From contig OZ024740.1 of NCBI GenBank assembly GCA_964016885.1, positions 65,906,001-65,970,000 on the forward strand: 64,000 nucleotides of DNA. Reading direction: 5' to 3'. Below, piece after piece: positions 13,258-27,353 of this stretch (its first letter is position 1; each line of letters begins with the position of its first letter). The notes under the pieces were generated by a model. That model made no database searches. It was given only the letters and a program-made list of their open reading frames with translations, and had not been told where the DNA came from. The stretch is from Eledone cirrhosa (Eukaryota). Position numbers and translations under genes: made by a program.

Positions 13258-16200
13258 GTTCTTTGAGTCTCAGTCATTGATGTTATTTAACTGGAAAGAT
13301 TGTTGAAATGAATATCAAGCCGCCAAATGCAGCCTAAAATATTGAGGACGTATCAGAGGGTTCTTGCTGTTCCAAGCAAGCATGCCTTTTGAAGTGTTCC
13401 AAAAAGCGGGGCTGGACTAATCTTCTTTAACCATCTTTGGAAACTCTTTCGGATAGTACCTAATGCGCCTATGACAATCGGGACGACCTTGACTTCATGG
13501 ACGACCTTGACTTTTTACCTCAAATTTTAAGTCCTGGTATCGGTTAGTTGGCTCCCTCTCCTTTTCTTGCACTCTCGTGTCAAATGGGCAGGCTACATTT
13601 AGAATCAGGCACGATCTTTTTCCTTGTCCATAACCACCAGGTCAGGCCTATTGTGTTCTAATTTCTTGTCCGTTTGTATCCTAAAATCCCATAGCACCTT
13701 CACCTGATCGTTTTCTATGACAGTCTCTGACTTATGTTTATACCAATTCTCAGGATGTGGTAAATTGTTTACTTTGCATATGTGCTAGTGGATCACCCTG
13801 CCCATCACATCATGTCTCCCGTCTTTATAGCCTGGGCTAGGTGTTTACACTCGAATACATTGTGAGCCACAGACTCCTCTCTCTCTCTCCACAGATCCTA
13901 CACAGCGAGCTATTCTCTTCCTTGTAAATATGGTTTTTAACCCACTTCCTTCTGACGGCTTGCTCTTGCGCAGCCATTAGCATTCCTTCTGTAGCTTTTT
14001 AAAGGTCTCCTCTTTGTAACCAGTTCCATGTCTGTGGATCTCTAAATTCGGTTTTCCTAAAGAAGGTACTATGAAGGGATTTTTTATGAAGGTTGCTCCT
14101 CCTCCTGGTTGTTATTTCCTCCTTGGTCATCCCCTGGTCTATTGTCTTCTCCTTTAGTACAATTTTGAGCATTGTCTCTCTACTGTCAGTCACGTATTTG
14201 TGCAGGTTCTTTTTCTCCATCTGAACACAGTCCTCTGTGCTGATAAGACCTCTTCCACCTTCAGATCTCTTTAAGTATAGTCTGTCGAAATCACTCCTCT
14301 TGTGGAAGATGTTGTAGATAGTCAATAGCTTCCTAGTCTTCCTATCCATTTATTCTTGTTCAGCAACATTCCATTTCAAAATTCTCGCACTGTACCTAAT
14401 AATAGACACTGCTCGTGAATTTAATGCACTTATGACATTTCTACTATTTAGATGTGATTTTAATACGCTCCTTACACCCCTTATGTACTCAGATATTATC
14501 AATTCCTTCATTTTTTTAATTCTTGATGTCATCTGCCTCCAGAACACCTAAATATTTGTATCCCTCCTCAGTGTCAATTTCCGTTATCATCTCACCTGTT
14601 GGTACCTGGATTCCGTTGATCCTGCTCAATTTACCCTACTTCATCACACGGACTCCACACTTATTAATACCAAATTCCATACATATATCATTGCTGAAAA
14701 TACGGACAATGTCAACAAGTACATCCAACTCCTTCTCGCTCTTCCCAAAGTGTTTAAGATCGTCCATGAAGAGGAGATGGTTGATGGTAAGCTCTCCCAA
14801 CTTGTATCCTGCTCTCACTTTTCTCAATATAACGGTCAGGATTATCAGTGCAAGGACAAACAGCAGAGAGGACAAACTATCTCCCTGGAAGATACCTCTC
14901 TTGATCTTTACGCCTCCCAAGGATTCTCCACCCGATGTTAAATCTGTTTCCCAGGACTTCATACTTTTGATCAACAACTGTCTGATGTTATTTGCCACCT
15001 TGAAGATCTCTAGGCTTTTGGTTATCCAAGAATGTGGTACCATGTCGAATGACTTTTTGTAATCTATCCATCCCAAGGGAAGACCAGTGTTCCTCCTCTT
15101 GCAATTCCCCATTACCATCTTATCAATAAGTAACTGGTATTTTGTACCATGGGACTTCTTTCGGCATCCTTTCTGTCCGCCTGGTAGCAAGTTGTTTATG
15201 TGGAGGTGATGGTGGATTTCCTCAGACAAAATGCTTGTTGACAGTTCCAACATTACGGACAGACATGTGATGGGCCTATAGTCGGTAACATCATTACACT
15301 TGATTCGGTCTTTCATTACCAGAACTGTGGTACCTTTTGTCAACCACTCTGGTACATCACCCCCATAGAGCAGTCATTGAACATGTCAGTTTTGGGTGGA
15401 GGGATGTGATGTTTTTAATCCAATACCCTTGCACATCATCTGGGCCTGGTGATTTCCAGTTGGTTAGACTTTTGGCCTGCCCTTTAAGAGTTCCAACTGT
15501 GATACTCAAATCAGGTTGTTGGTGTGATGTTTACTAATCTTCTTTTGAACTGTCTCAATCCACACTGCGTGACCATTATGTTCAACATCCTGCTTCCATA
15601 TTCCTCTCCAAAATGTCTTAGTACGTTCCACCTCAGGGATCACGTCGTTGCCTCTTTATTTCCATTCAAGCCGCTTAATCTTTGCACAATTTTGCTACAA
15701 TGCGTTGCTTCAGTTCCTCTATGATAACATTTAGCTTTTTCCCCCTAGTTTTGTATTTTATTTCCAATCTATCTTTAGTGTCTATGCTTTGTAATGTCCC
15801 ATTCAGTAAGGACTCAAGCTTTCCAATGTCTTTTCTCATTTCCTTGATTTGACCATTCAGTCGTTTCTTCCAGCAATGTTCTGATCTTTCTTGTTAGTTA
15901 TTTCCTCTCGTTTATTATGCCAAGTAATTTCCCCACCGCATTTGTGGTTGCTTTGGGGATATTGTTGCATTAGTAAAGGTTCCTCGCATCAAAGTATGGG
16001 ATGACTTTGTTTACCTTAGCTGTTGTTTCTTTTAACTTTTTCCTGTCTACAAATCTTAGATTCATGGGTTTCCCACTATCATTGTTCATTTCTTCTACCA
16101 CTAAGTTTAGGATATCAACCAAATCTTGTCCTAGCCCTTCAGCATTCATCTCCTCAATGGCCGTATCTTTGTTCCAGGTATTATTTATTTCAGCATTCAG

Positions 16201-16800
16201 ATCATTGTCTGCTTCGGAGGTTCCTCGGTTCTCTCAACCTCTTCACCTTCATGTCCCACTGGCTCGTTTGCCTGACATACTCCACACGCCAATTACAACT
16301 TAATCTCTCTGCTCAGTTCCTCCAGTTACAACTCGCTTATCCATCCATTAGTTCTTATTACCGGAGCCTGCCCGGCTAATTTTTATTCATCTAATTTAAA
16401 TAGACCTATCTCGTTCCAGATGTTATGCATCCGTTTCCTATAGCCTTTTTCCATGGGGTTACTCTTCAGGTAACATTGCATAACAGTTCTATTCAATTCT
16501 TTCGTCCAGTTGGTTCTTGTCTCTTTCCTTCTTCTTCTTCCTCTAACACCAGCAGTATTTTGATGACAGCCAGGTCCCTGCTGCTGGGCCAGGGACACTT
16601 GCTGGGTGAGAGTCTTTCGCATGACGTTCCAGTCTCCTTTTCACCGTTATTCGAACTGTTTAGCTTCGACATTTAAACAATCATATCGAATATTGGTGAA
16701 TGTATGGTTACATAAACACCGGTGATTTCATCACCACCGGTGATGTCATCACCCCGATTAGTTTAGTTAGCGTGGCGCTATCACGCTTTAGACGAACATA
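13258..16800 (-). mobile_element. R4/Dong-clade non-LTR retrotransposon (family A), near full length, decayed
   Basis: YRPITCL, QKGCRK, WIDYKKSFDMVPH, GIFQGDSLS, HLLFMDDLK, RLYLKRSEGGRGL, RHDV, RPDLVV and VVPIVIGALG (restriction-like endonuclease); 3' end abuts (TAA)n. Confidence 0.9.
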
Positions 16801-17087
16801 AATAAATAAACAAATAAATAGATAAAAACTTAAAAAAATAAACACAAGTTTCATTGTAATGTTTGAATGTCTGATTTCTTTCTTTTTTTTTTTTCCTTTT
16901 GTTTTTTAAGGCCAGTAACATCGGATACTAGTGTTGTTGTTGTTGCTGCTGCTGTTTTTTTATTTTAGCTACGAGGGAAGTAGGGTTTGTTGCGTTCAAA
17001 ACTGTCGAAAATTGGTTTTCTTTTGCTGTTGCGTTTGTTGTTGTCTGTGTTCTGTTCTGTAATGTTTCGACTTATTGCTTATCATTA

Positions 17088-17205
17088 TTAAATCCCGCCG
17101 ATGTTAACTTTGCCTTTCATCCTTCCGGGGTCGATAGAATAAAGTACCAGTAATGCATTGGATAATTGCTGGCCCTGTGCCAAAAGTAGAACCAATTATT
17201 ATTAT
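17088..17205 (+). mobile_element. SINE S1, 5'-truncated
   Basis: Core and tail match S1. Confidence 0.85.
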
Positions 17206-17284
17206 TAAGATTTGACATCGTTTAAACCAAATATTTTGAGAGAGTTTAGAGATACAACAATAATAATTATTATGGTGTTGTTGT

Positions 17285-17800
17285 TACCTGTTTGACCGGG
17301 GCACTAAATGAGTCTATTTATATCTTTTGTTGACTTCCTTGTTTCTAGTCATGTGTAGTGGCACTACTACCTTCCCTCTCTTAACAGGAGGTAGTGAGGG
17401 AATATGGTGGTAGCGATGATGCAGTGGTGACGGTGGTGATGGGATAGTAGTACTGTAGTGATGGTGTTGTTGCTGCTGTTGATTTGTATCTACCTACATT
17501 TTTTGTGGTAGTGGTGGAGGTGGCGGCGGCGCTGGTGGTGTTGGTGGTGAAATTATTTGGCTGTTGCTTTCTTCCATTTGTGACCATTTGTAACCATTTT
17601 CTTTTTTTACTATAACATTTCTGTTACAAAATTAAATATTAAATATTGGAGACCTATGCCATAGTGTTATGCGTCCTCACTTCCTGAGAGTTAAGACTGG
17701 TGTCTTATGTACCATTTGTAATAAGAATTATTCTATCCCAATTGCTTTTAATATGTAAAAAGTCAAAAACTTACGGGAGCGATTCCATAACACTCTATCC
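17285..17800. repeat. Unclassified GGT-rich repeat X; diverged second copy at 37700-38490
   Basis: Shared blocks TCTATTTATAT.TTTTG, GGTGGTAGC.ATGA, GGTGTTGGT..TGAAATT and TTACGGGAGCGATT. Confidence 0.65.
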
Positions 17801-18009
17801 ACCTTGTGCGTAACCATCCCTAAATCTCTTCTTATCATTATTAATGAAGGTGAAGCCACGCTTATTATCGCCTCCAGTTTCTTTTCAACAGTTTCCCTCG
17901 TTTTCAACCGTTCTAAACCTTTTATTCAAGTTGTAAACTTGATAAAAGTTTAGAAGTGACCCACCTAATAATGAAAATATTATTTGAAAACAATTTCTTT
18001 CAACACTAA

Positions 18010-20550
18010 GAAAGAGAGAGAGCGCTGTCAGACAACACAGAGAGAGGGAGACTTTGTCAACATATCAACAAGATAGCGTTCTAGCGAAGGTAAATATAAA
18101 AGAAAATATTACGAAGGAAAGAGAAACAAAATTACGAAGGAAAAGAGAAACAATATCATTTTTAATGATATTGTTACAGATTTAAAATTACCAAATTTTC
18201 CTAACACAAACAACACCAACAACAACACCATCAATAACAACAGCAACAACACAAATAACAGCGGTAAGGTCGAGAACGACAATAACAATGACAATAACAA
18301 TAATAGTCGGAACAGTATAAACAAAAACAACAATAATAACAACAGCCACAATAACAGTAACAACAGCAACAGTATCAACGAAAACAACAAAACAACAGCA
18401 AAAACAGGACCAACGAAAACATCAACAATGACATCGATACCTAAAGAGCGATCTCAACACCACCAGCAAGATCAGTAGCGGCAGCAATGGTGGTGCCGCT
18501 GAAAAGGGGACCACTTCTTTTGCAGGTGTCGCCCGAAATATCGAAACAGTGTTAGTCACAGAGGAGGAGATGGCTGTCGTAAGGGCCATGGTGACAAGAA
18601 ACGCCAATAGAGTTTCCCTGAAACCTCCACCCGATTCTTTCAAGGACCAGCAGCTACGGACGGTGAGTTACGGCATCGTACGCAAAATGTCAAATCGGGT
18701 GGAGAGAGCCACGGAGGCTCAAATCCTAAGGCCTTGGAGTGCGTCTGGGCGCGCAAAACCCACATCACTCGTGGCAGAAAGTACGCCACAGTAGACGTAC
18801 TTTTCGCAACCCCCAAAGAAGCGAAGTTTCACTCTTTGGAAACCCTAAAGTGTGTGGAGATAATCTTGGTGTCCCCCTACTGGGGGCAGAAAATTGGGAG
18901 GGTCAAAGTGAACAAGGTCCCACCCGACGTGCCCATACCATGACTTGCCCCGTCTGTCCTTGCTGGAATCGAGGAAAGGACGACCATGCTGCAAGTAGAG
19001 AAAATAGGGAGAGAGAACTGGTCAGGTATAGGCATGCAAATGCTTATACAAACTGACCAGGAGTGTATCGACACTATCCCCGATATCATACACATCGAGG
19101 AAGGACTCCAACTCCATATAAACGTGGAAGGAAGACGGCAAAAATGTTATCTGTGTGGGCCAAAGGGTCACCATAGGGCCTTTGGCCTGCAGAAGTCAGC
19201 GACGAATAAGGCCCCTCTCGTTCCAATGCCTGGTCCGCTGCTACTAAGAGCAGGACAGGCAACAAACGCAGAAGCCGCTTCCACTGTGTGTGGGAGGGCA
19301 ATGTCCGTGACACTCATATCAAGGCTACGGACAACTAAAGCAGCAGCATCAGTAGCGGCAACACCGGTAGCTACATTTGCATTAACTGCACCAGCAACAC
19401 AATCGCCGGAGAGGGCTACACTACCACCAGCAACAGCCGTGGAGCACATACCCCTCGCAGACGCCAGGGAATCCGACATGGAATCTGAGGCGGGAGTGAA
19501 GTGGCAAACGGTCTGCCACAAAAAAAAACAAAAAGAAACCGTTAGCTTCACCCTCCAAAAGCAAAGGCACACAAAGAGGGGTAAAGGCTGCAAGGAGACT
19601 TGCAGTAACACCACCACCATCACCACCACAAGCACCACCGCCAACAACAACCACACCAGCTTCACCAAAAACACCAACAACGCAAACACAACAAAACACA
19701 CACACCCAACAGCAACAAGAAGAAAACAGCAACAATATCACCCCTCCCCCCAAATAGTAGACAGCCATAAACATGGCAAATAAAGAACTCATACAACATA
19801 TAAAGCAACACTCAGACATTACAGAAAAAAACTAATCCGTCCACCAACATCAAGAACTCCCCCGACAAACATAAGCATCACTGATATCAAAATAGAACAG
19901 TACAAACTTTGAAAACAAAAATTCCCCGACGCAGTTGGAGACTTCAAAGGGTCGGTTACCAAGAGGATATACACTGACATCCTCTTGGAAACACCCATGA
20001 CCAGCCAAAGAGCCGGTTCTACTGTCCCTTCAGCACACGATCAAGGTAAGTGACTCTTTCTCACTTGCGCCGTTTCTCATCCAACATGGCCGTACTTAGA
20101 ATAGGCAGTATACGTGGCCTGGGGTCATCTTGGAAGCAGGGTCACCTGCTCACCGACCTCAGGTCACTAAGCATAGATGTGGTGGGCATCATCGAGACCA
20201 GAACCTCCGAAGCACGAGCCTTCGAACCGATCTTCAGAGGCTACGATGTATAGGCATCTCCCAGCTGTCCAGGATCGGGGGGAGGGGCTGCCGTCCTTTT
20301 TGGGAGAGGTTAGGATCTCGCCATACGGGCCATCCTCCTGGGCCCAGAAGGTAAGTCGGTGGTGCTGGACGTGACCGGCTGCGAAGGCAATGCTTTCAGG
20401 CTAGTAGCCGTCTACGCTCCAACTGGGGCAGGACGGCCATATTTCTTCTGACGTCAAGAGACATTTCTTGGAACGTCCCGCTATTTAGTGTTAGTGGGCG
20501 ACTGGAACTGTATCTTGGATGCACGGTTGGATTGTGTGGGGCTAGTGACA
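18010..20550 (+). mobile_element. L1/Tx1-clade LINE 5' half: ORF1 plus the start of the ORF2 APE endonuclease
   Basis: ORF1 pieces YATVDVLF and zinc knuckle CYLCGPKGH; APE motifs LRIGS.RGL, DVVGIIET, FRLVAVYAP and LVGDWNCILD; 3'-truncated. Confidence 0.85.
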
Positions 20551-20720
20551 TTAGAAAAATGTATCCTATTCAAGACGATTTTTAAACATTCACATTTCTT
20601 TCGACTAAATAATTAATTAATCTCACACTAACTCTTAAAAGATGTATCGGTTAAAAAACAAAATCGGAGTTATCTTTCCTTTCTCAATCATATAATCTTA
20701 TTACATTATCATATACGTAA

Positions 20721-20910
20721 CGGTGGATTGGCAGAATCGGTAGATGGTCGGACGCAATGCTTTGCAGCATAGTTACGTCCCTTTACGGACTGAGTTCAAA
20801 TCCCACCGAGGTTAACTTTGCCTTTCATCCTTACGGGGTCGATAACATAAAGTGCAACTAATACACTGGGATATTTGCTGGCCTTGTGCCAAAGGTAGAA
20901 ACAATTATTA
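20721..20910 (+). mobile_element. SINE S1, full length
   Basis: A box, B box, core and tail. Confidence 0.9.
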
Positions 20911-21418
20911 TATACGCAACTCCATTAAATTAAAACATTCTCAAAGCCGAACAAGATATTCAAATATATAAATTTCTAATTTTAACTACCTATTTATTAC
21001 ATAAAATACAAAATCAACACCCTCGTAACTCATATTAAAAACAACCACCTAAAACTTGAACTACCTATTTATTTATTTATCTACATAAAACACAGAACCA
21101 ACTTCCCTCGTAACTCATATTATAAACAACTAATAATTGCAAATTATCTCTTTAATACATATGCTATTATTAAAATATATATAGAGAGATGTTATATATT
21201 TAATAAACTACAGTATTGTAATAAGATAAATACTTACAAACATAATTCACCATATAAATATATACATAATATAGGTAAATATTCAATTTTTCCCCCAAAA
21301 TTAACGTATATAAGTGGTCTTCTTTTTCTTTTTCCGTTCTTTTTCTCCTACTAATATATCTAAACTTTCCATAAGGTATGTTTCCTTGGCTATGTCAATA
21401 TTTATATAACACACTTTG

Positions 21419-21480
21419 TATTTTATCTGATGAAAGCGTACCAAAGTTGTTGGTACCCTTGACATATATATAATAGAATA
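21419..21480 (+). ncRNA. Hammerhead family H3, core mutated (GAAA>GACA)
   Basis: TATTTTAT CTGATGA aagc GTACCA..TGGTAC cctt GACA TATATATA ATAGAATA. Confidence 0.55.
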
Positions 21481-21561
21481 GATATGGTTTTATAAGTATA
21501 GTTTCCATTTATTTAATAACATTGTATATATATATATGAATATGTATGTGTATATATGTAT

Positions 21562-21619
<58 letters not shown>

Positions 21620-21625
<6 letters not shown>

Positions 21626-21677
21626 CGTACATACATATATGTATACAGACGTACAGTAGTATGTATATACATACATG

Positions 21678-21766
<89 letters not shown>

Positions 21767-22392
21767 GTATGGGTTTACCGAACATTTGTTATAATGCTCG
21801 GTTTGTTTGTAAACAAACATCCCGAAGTAAGCCGTACAATATTTAGCAACCATCGGTGCCTTTTTGTACAACACTCTCAAAGGAACGATGTACTACTTTC
21901 AAGCTTATTAGCTATCGTCAGCACTGTATACCTTCCTGCCAGATGATTGAACGTCTGAAAGTATATACTTTCCTTATGCATATTAACGGCTGAGCAGCCT
22001 AATTTTCATATCGAGCGAGTTACTCGGCCGGGTGTACTGAAAACGATAAATGGAAAAAAATGAAATTTCATTTCTCACCCTTAGTACGACTTATAATTAA
22101 ATATAAGTATGTATACGTCAAACATATATGTATACATACGTACAGTAGTATGTATATACATACATACATGCACACATATATATATATATGTATGTATGGG
22201 TTTACCGAACATTTATTATAATGCTCGGTTTTTTGTAAACAAACAGCCCGAATCATTAGCCGTACAGTGTTCGACAACCATCGTTGGCCATTCGTTCAAC
22301 ACTGACAAAGGAAGGATGAACTATTACCTGTCATCAACACCGTATACCTTCCTGTCAGTCGATGACAGCAAATAAGCTAGAAACTAGTTCTT
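21620..22392 (-). mobile_element. Family H2 repeat, ~1.6 head-to-tail units; HHR at 21885-21927, second HHR broken by a micro-inversion
   Basis: Unit start recurs at ~21624 and ~22114; TCGTCAG at 21915-21921; 22360-22390 is an inverted HHR half. Confidence 0.8.
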
Positions 22393-22399
22393 ATCAATT

Positions 22400-23700
22400 C
22401 CACGATGGTAAAGTTGTGAGGTACGCTTGCTCTCGCCAGACAAAATATTACTGGTATGTTATCAATCCCACGATGGTAAATGTCTCGCATCTTTGAAAGG
22501 GCCTCTGTACTCCATTTCATTATAAAGCGTGCAAATGAATAAGGAGTAATTATTCGTTTAAATTTGGTGGTTTACCAGTGTGTAGAATAAGACATTCTGT
22601 AGTGTTAACCATGATGTAATATGAGAAAAAAACTTGACGTTATGCAACTCATCCATCTTCTATGTTTAATCATGTTGGTGGTGCGGGAACGGAGTAAATG
22701 TATTATAAAGTAAAACGATAAGAGGCCACATATGCTGAATTTGTTATACTGTAAACACAATGCACATGTCAGTGGCCAGGTTGCGTAAGAACCCGGTGAC
22801 CTCATCAGGTGTAGATTGCGTAATAGATGTATACCAACGGAATGATGGTAAGCTTTAAGGAAACTAGCAAATAAATTTATGTACGCTCATTTATGTTCGC
22901 AACATTTATGAGTTGGTGAACATTGAGTAACGATAATGTTTACACATAATACGTTGCCAACGTTATATATTCCCTACGAAAAATCATCCCGTATGACATC
23001 GAGACAACATTCAGAACAGATATGCATGTTGTGTGAAATGTCACATCTGTTGTTTTGAGATTTTTCTCTGAAACAACATTTAAAATTATTATTAGAAAAT
23101 AAAATAATATAGAATTAAGTGACATATTAATATGCCGCACAAACCTATAACTTTAGGCACACATTCTGAAAAAAAATATGATCTAAAGTATATGAACTAA
23201 TTGAATTTATGCGTTTCTATTTACTGCAAATAGCCAGAAACACATACAAGAATATCATAATTTAGAAATACATGTGGAATGTATTATATTCATTGATATT
23301 TGCACAATTTTGAAGGTCAGGAGTATATGAAAATCCCCTTTTATTACGTACATTAAGTACATTGACAATTGTACATACAATGCTTACGCAGGATCTAACG
23401 ACGAGGAGGTACATTACCAACTAAAAAGCCCAACATATACTAACGAATCTGTTGTAATCTGGACACTGAAATCACAATTTATGAAAATGACCATAATTGC
23501 CGACAAACTGAATGTTACACAGGAAGCGAATGTGGAGAAGGAATGGTGATAATGTCGGAGATGACGATAAAATAGTGGAAAGGAACGTGTTTCCCAAGAA
23601 GACGAAACCTATTGCTCTTTCAATTGAAAAATGATGAATATACTCTATTAATATTGGACATAAATTGAGACGTCTTTCGTGATTCCTACTGAGGCTCGTC
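22400..23700 (-). pseudogene. Heavily decayed pogo/Tigger-like DDE transposase
   Basis: Manual translation near 22700-22830 gives STPDEVTGFLRNLATDMCIV..QIQ, resembling pogo H.T.EV..L...TD...IP.G.T..LQ. Confidence 0.4.
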
Positions 23701-23828
23701 TGTATTTAGACCTGGAAAGGGTTGGGTTCTGACCAGTTTAAAAGTGCCCTAGACACTGACATGCCGTATGAGATTGCCTCTACGTCTCCATAAGGCGTTA
23801 TGAGATCTCTATCCTTTATATTTATATA

Positions 23829-23992
23829 TACCGTATTTCCCGGATCCCAAGACGCTTCGTCCTCGAGGTCACACCCTAATTTTGACAACCTAATATTTAA
23901 AAAATAAAAAAATAAATTATAAACTTAAAAATGCAACCTTCGGCCTCGAGGAAGCATAATAGATTTTTGAGACGTATTTTAGGAAAAAGGTA
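23829..23992. mobile_element. Possible pogo/Tigger-type MITE
   Basis: Left end TACCGTATTTCCCGGATCCCAAGACGC; degenerate right end AGGAAAAAGGTA. Confidence 0.4.
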
Positions 23993-24759
23993 GGAGAATG
24001 CATATATAAATACAGATATAAAGGATAAAGAAATGGATCGAATTTAAACTTTTAAGGTACGCATTCATCAACACAATCAAGTTCATGCGCACGCTCTTTC
24101 TTGACAATTCTTTTTATTTCTTTAGACTTTTATTTTTGGAAACACAAGATGAATAATCATGGATCGTCATTATCATTTTCAGAATCTTCTGTTTATAGGG
24201 CACGTCATAAATAATTTTGAAGAGATAACAAACATATTCAACACTTTTCATCCTTTATTTATTCATAGAATACATTTCTTCCTTAATCGTTTCTACTTTT
24301 ACTCAATGTAAATCGATAAAAATCTAGATAAACAGAATTCTAATTAGAATTATATTCAAGATACATAGAATCGTTTTCCAAACAAAAAAAACTAGAGTAA
24401 GGAAGGATAATAGATATTATCTGGTTGCTTGCTAATTTCATCTTGTGTGAATCGACAAGAATCAAGGTTTTTCACTTACGAACACGCACGCTTACATACT
24501 CATGTATAAAAACAGACACGTAGGTACCACTTGTATACACAAACAAACAGAGAATAAAAGGGCCAGGTTGTCATACATTCATCCGCATTTGTATCTATCC
24601 ATATATACTTATTTACACAAATCCACATTATCACACACACACACACACACACACACATACAGGCACACACACAGACCCACACTCACATACACACACATTC
24701 ACACAAACATGCTCACACACCCACCCACACACACCTATATATATATATATATCATTGGA

Positions 24760-25872
24760 AATTTAGTAAAATCGAATCTCTGGCGGTTTGCAAGCAAATT
24801 CGGCCTACTTATATGAAATGAATTAGCAAAGCACTCGATAAGGTAGGTCCTAAGAATAATAACATACGTTTAAATAGCTTGACAAAACGAACTTTGTGGT
24901 AGGCAAAATCTAACACACAATAATATACCAAAGCAACGATAGAACCAACAGTTTGAGAAAAATACAGCTGGACAAATCAAACGATTATACATGTAAAGTG
25001 TTTCTTTGAATCCGAAATCAAATATCAGACCTACGTGACTGGCAAGCTCGTGGTATTTCTGATCGAACAGAGGATTCAGTTTTTCAACAGGTTTTCGTTC
25101 TACCCAGAACAGGGGTGATGGTGATAGACTAAATGTTGCTGCTAGATTCAGCGTATCGTATCTATAGCTGTCACGTGTTAATTCCATCAAGGGAAAAAAA
25201 CCCCGGTTTTTGGCGGGTCATTCAAAATGTTAGACAAAGGAAATATTTTAATTTCGGCTAATCATCATGATAAGCTCTCAACTAGATGTTATAAAACAAA
25301 CACACATAATTAACCAATCAACAGAATTGCCTAATTAAATTAATTAGCTAATTATTAAATCTAGGGGAATAATATAATTTGAATTTTGTAAAATCGAATC
25401 TCTGGCGGTTTGCAATCAAATTCGGCCTACTTATATGAAATGATGAGTTAGGAAAGCACTCGATAAAGTAGGTCCTTAGAGTAATAATATACGTTTAAAT
25501 AGCTTGACAAATCGAACATTGTGGTAGGCAAAATCTAACACAATAATATACCAAATCAACGATAGAACCAACAGGTTGAGAAAAATACACCTGGACAAAT
25601 CAAAAGATTATACGTTTAAAGTGTTTCTTTGAATCCGAAATCAAATATCAGACCTATGTGACTGGCAAGCTCGTGGTATTCCTGATCGAACAGAGGATTC
25701 AGGTTTTCAACAGGTTTTCGTTCTACCCAGAAGAGGGTTGATAGCCTAAATGTTGCTGCTAGATGCAGCGTATCGTATCTATAGCTGTCACGTGTTAATT
25801 CCATCAAGGGAAATAAACCCCGGTTTTTGGCGGGTCATTCAAAGGAAATATTTTAATTTCCGCTAATCATCA
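24760..25872. repeat. Tandem duplication with 622-bp period (~1.8 units)
   Basis: GTAAAATCGAATCTCTGGCGGTTTGC at 24766 and 25388. Confidence 0.9.
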
Positions 25873-25894
25873 TATATATATATATATATATATA

Positions 25895-26232
25895 TAAGTA
25901 TGTATACGTACATACATATATGTATACAGATGTACAGTAGAATGTATATATATGTATATATATGTATATATACATACATGCGCACATATATATATGTAAG
26001 TATGGATTTACCGAACATTTATTATAATGCTCGGTTTGTTTGTAAATAAACATCCCGAATTAAGCCGTACAGTGTTTAGCAACCATCGTCCTTTGTTCAA
26101 CACTGGCAAAGGAACGATGTACTAGTGTCAAGCTTATTAGCTATCGTCAGCACCGTATACCATCCTGCCAGATGATTGAACAGCCGTACTAAGAGTGAGT
26201 GAGAAATGAAATTTCGTTTCATTTTTTTCCAT
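25895..26232 (-). mobile_element. Family H2 repeat with HHR 26114-26156 (GAAA>GACA) and an inverted terminal piece
   Basis: Matches the copies at 9647 and 21620; (TA)n flanks. Confidence 0.8.
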
Positions 26233-26634
26233 ATATATATATATAAAGATTATTATTTAATCTAATGCAAAATAGGTATTAATTTGTACTAAATGTCATT
26301 TGAGTTATTCCCCTTAAGAATCTTGTAATTATATGCCGACAAAAAAATAAAATTATATGTATATGAATTTACAATATGAAATAGCCTATGGAATAATATT
26401 AATACCAAACACGTGGCACATGACCAGCATTTTTTATTAAGCTGTGAGTTTTGAATTGATCATAGTATATTACTGGTGTGTATTTTGATGATTCCAGAAA
26501 TACAAAAAAAACAAAACAAAACATTAATGCATATTTGAACATTGTAGTATATGAACTCAGATCCAAAACGTACATAAAAAAATTGGCAGTCAAATTTCGA
26601 CATATTCATTGATCTAGCACGGTCGCTTTATATT

Positions 26635-26823
26635 AATTGTTTCTACTTTTGGCACAAGGCCAGCAATAAATCCAGTGTATTACTGGTGCTTTATTTTATC
26701 GGGTCCGTAAGGATGAAAGGCAAAGTTAACCTCCGCGGTATATGAACTCAGACCACAAATGGCCGTAACTCTTTGCTGCGAAGCATGTCGTCTGACCGTC
26801 TACAGATACTGCCAATCCACCGC
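26635..26823 (-). mobile_element. SINE S1
   Basis: Matches S1 on the minus strand. Confidence 0.85.
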
Positions 26824-27353
26824 TTTATATTAATGCTGGCTTCTAAGATATGATTCTTTGAAAGATAAATATGTATCGCTGGCTTCTAAGATATATTTCT
26901 TTATTAGCCACAGGGGCACAAAAGAAGGGGAGGCACATAGTGATATATTTTCGGAAATGTCTCACAAATTATATCTAATCAAATATCTCACTGGTTATAT
27001 GTTTGTTTATTCCGAAAACTTAATTGCCGTTGGCAAAATGTTAACGAGGGATCTCAATCACAATTTCTTGTATCTGTGTGTCTCTTGCCAGGTAACAGTA
27101 CAGTTTGTCAACATATCTCACTCTCTGTCTGTCTTTCACACAGACACCCACACGCACACGGATATAACAACACTCTTAAACACACACACACGTACACACG
27201 CATACATATGTATGTATGCATACACACGCACATATATTATTTATATATATATGTATATATATATATATATAAATACACATATATTTACATATATATCTAA
27301 ATATATATAAATATATATGTGTGTATATATATATGCATATATATATATATATA

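Noticed and set aside
22795-22812. Minus-strand CTGATGA
   Set aside because: It lies in a transposase-like remnant with no matching helices.
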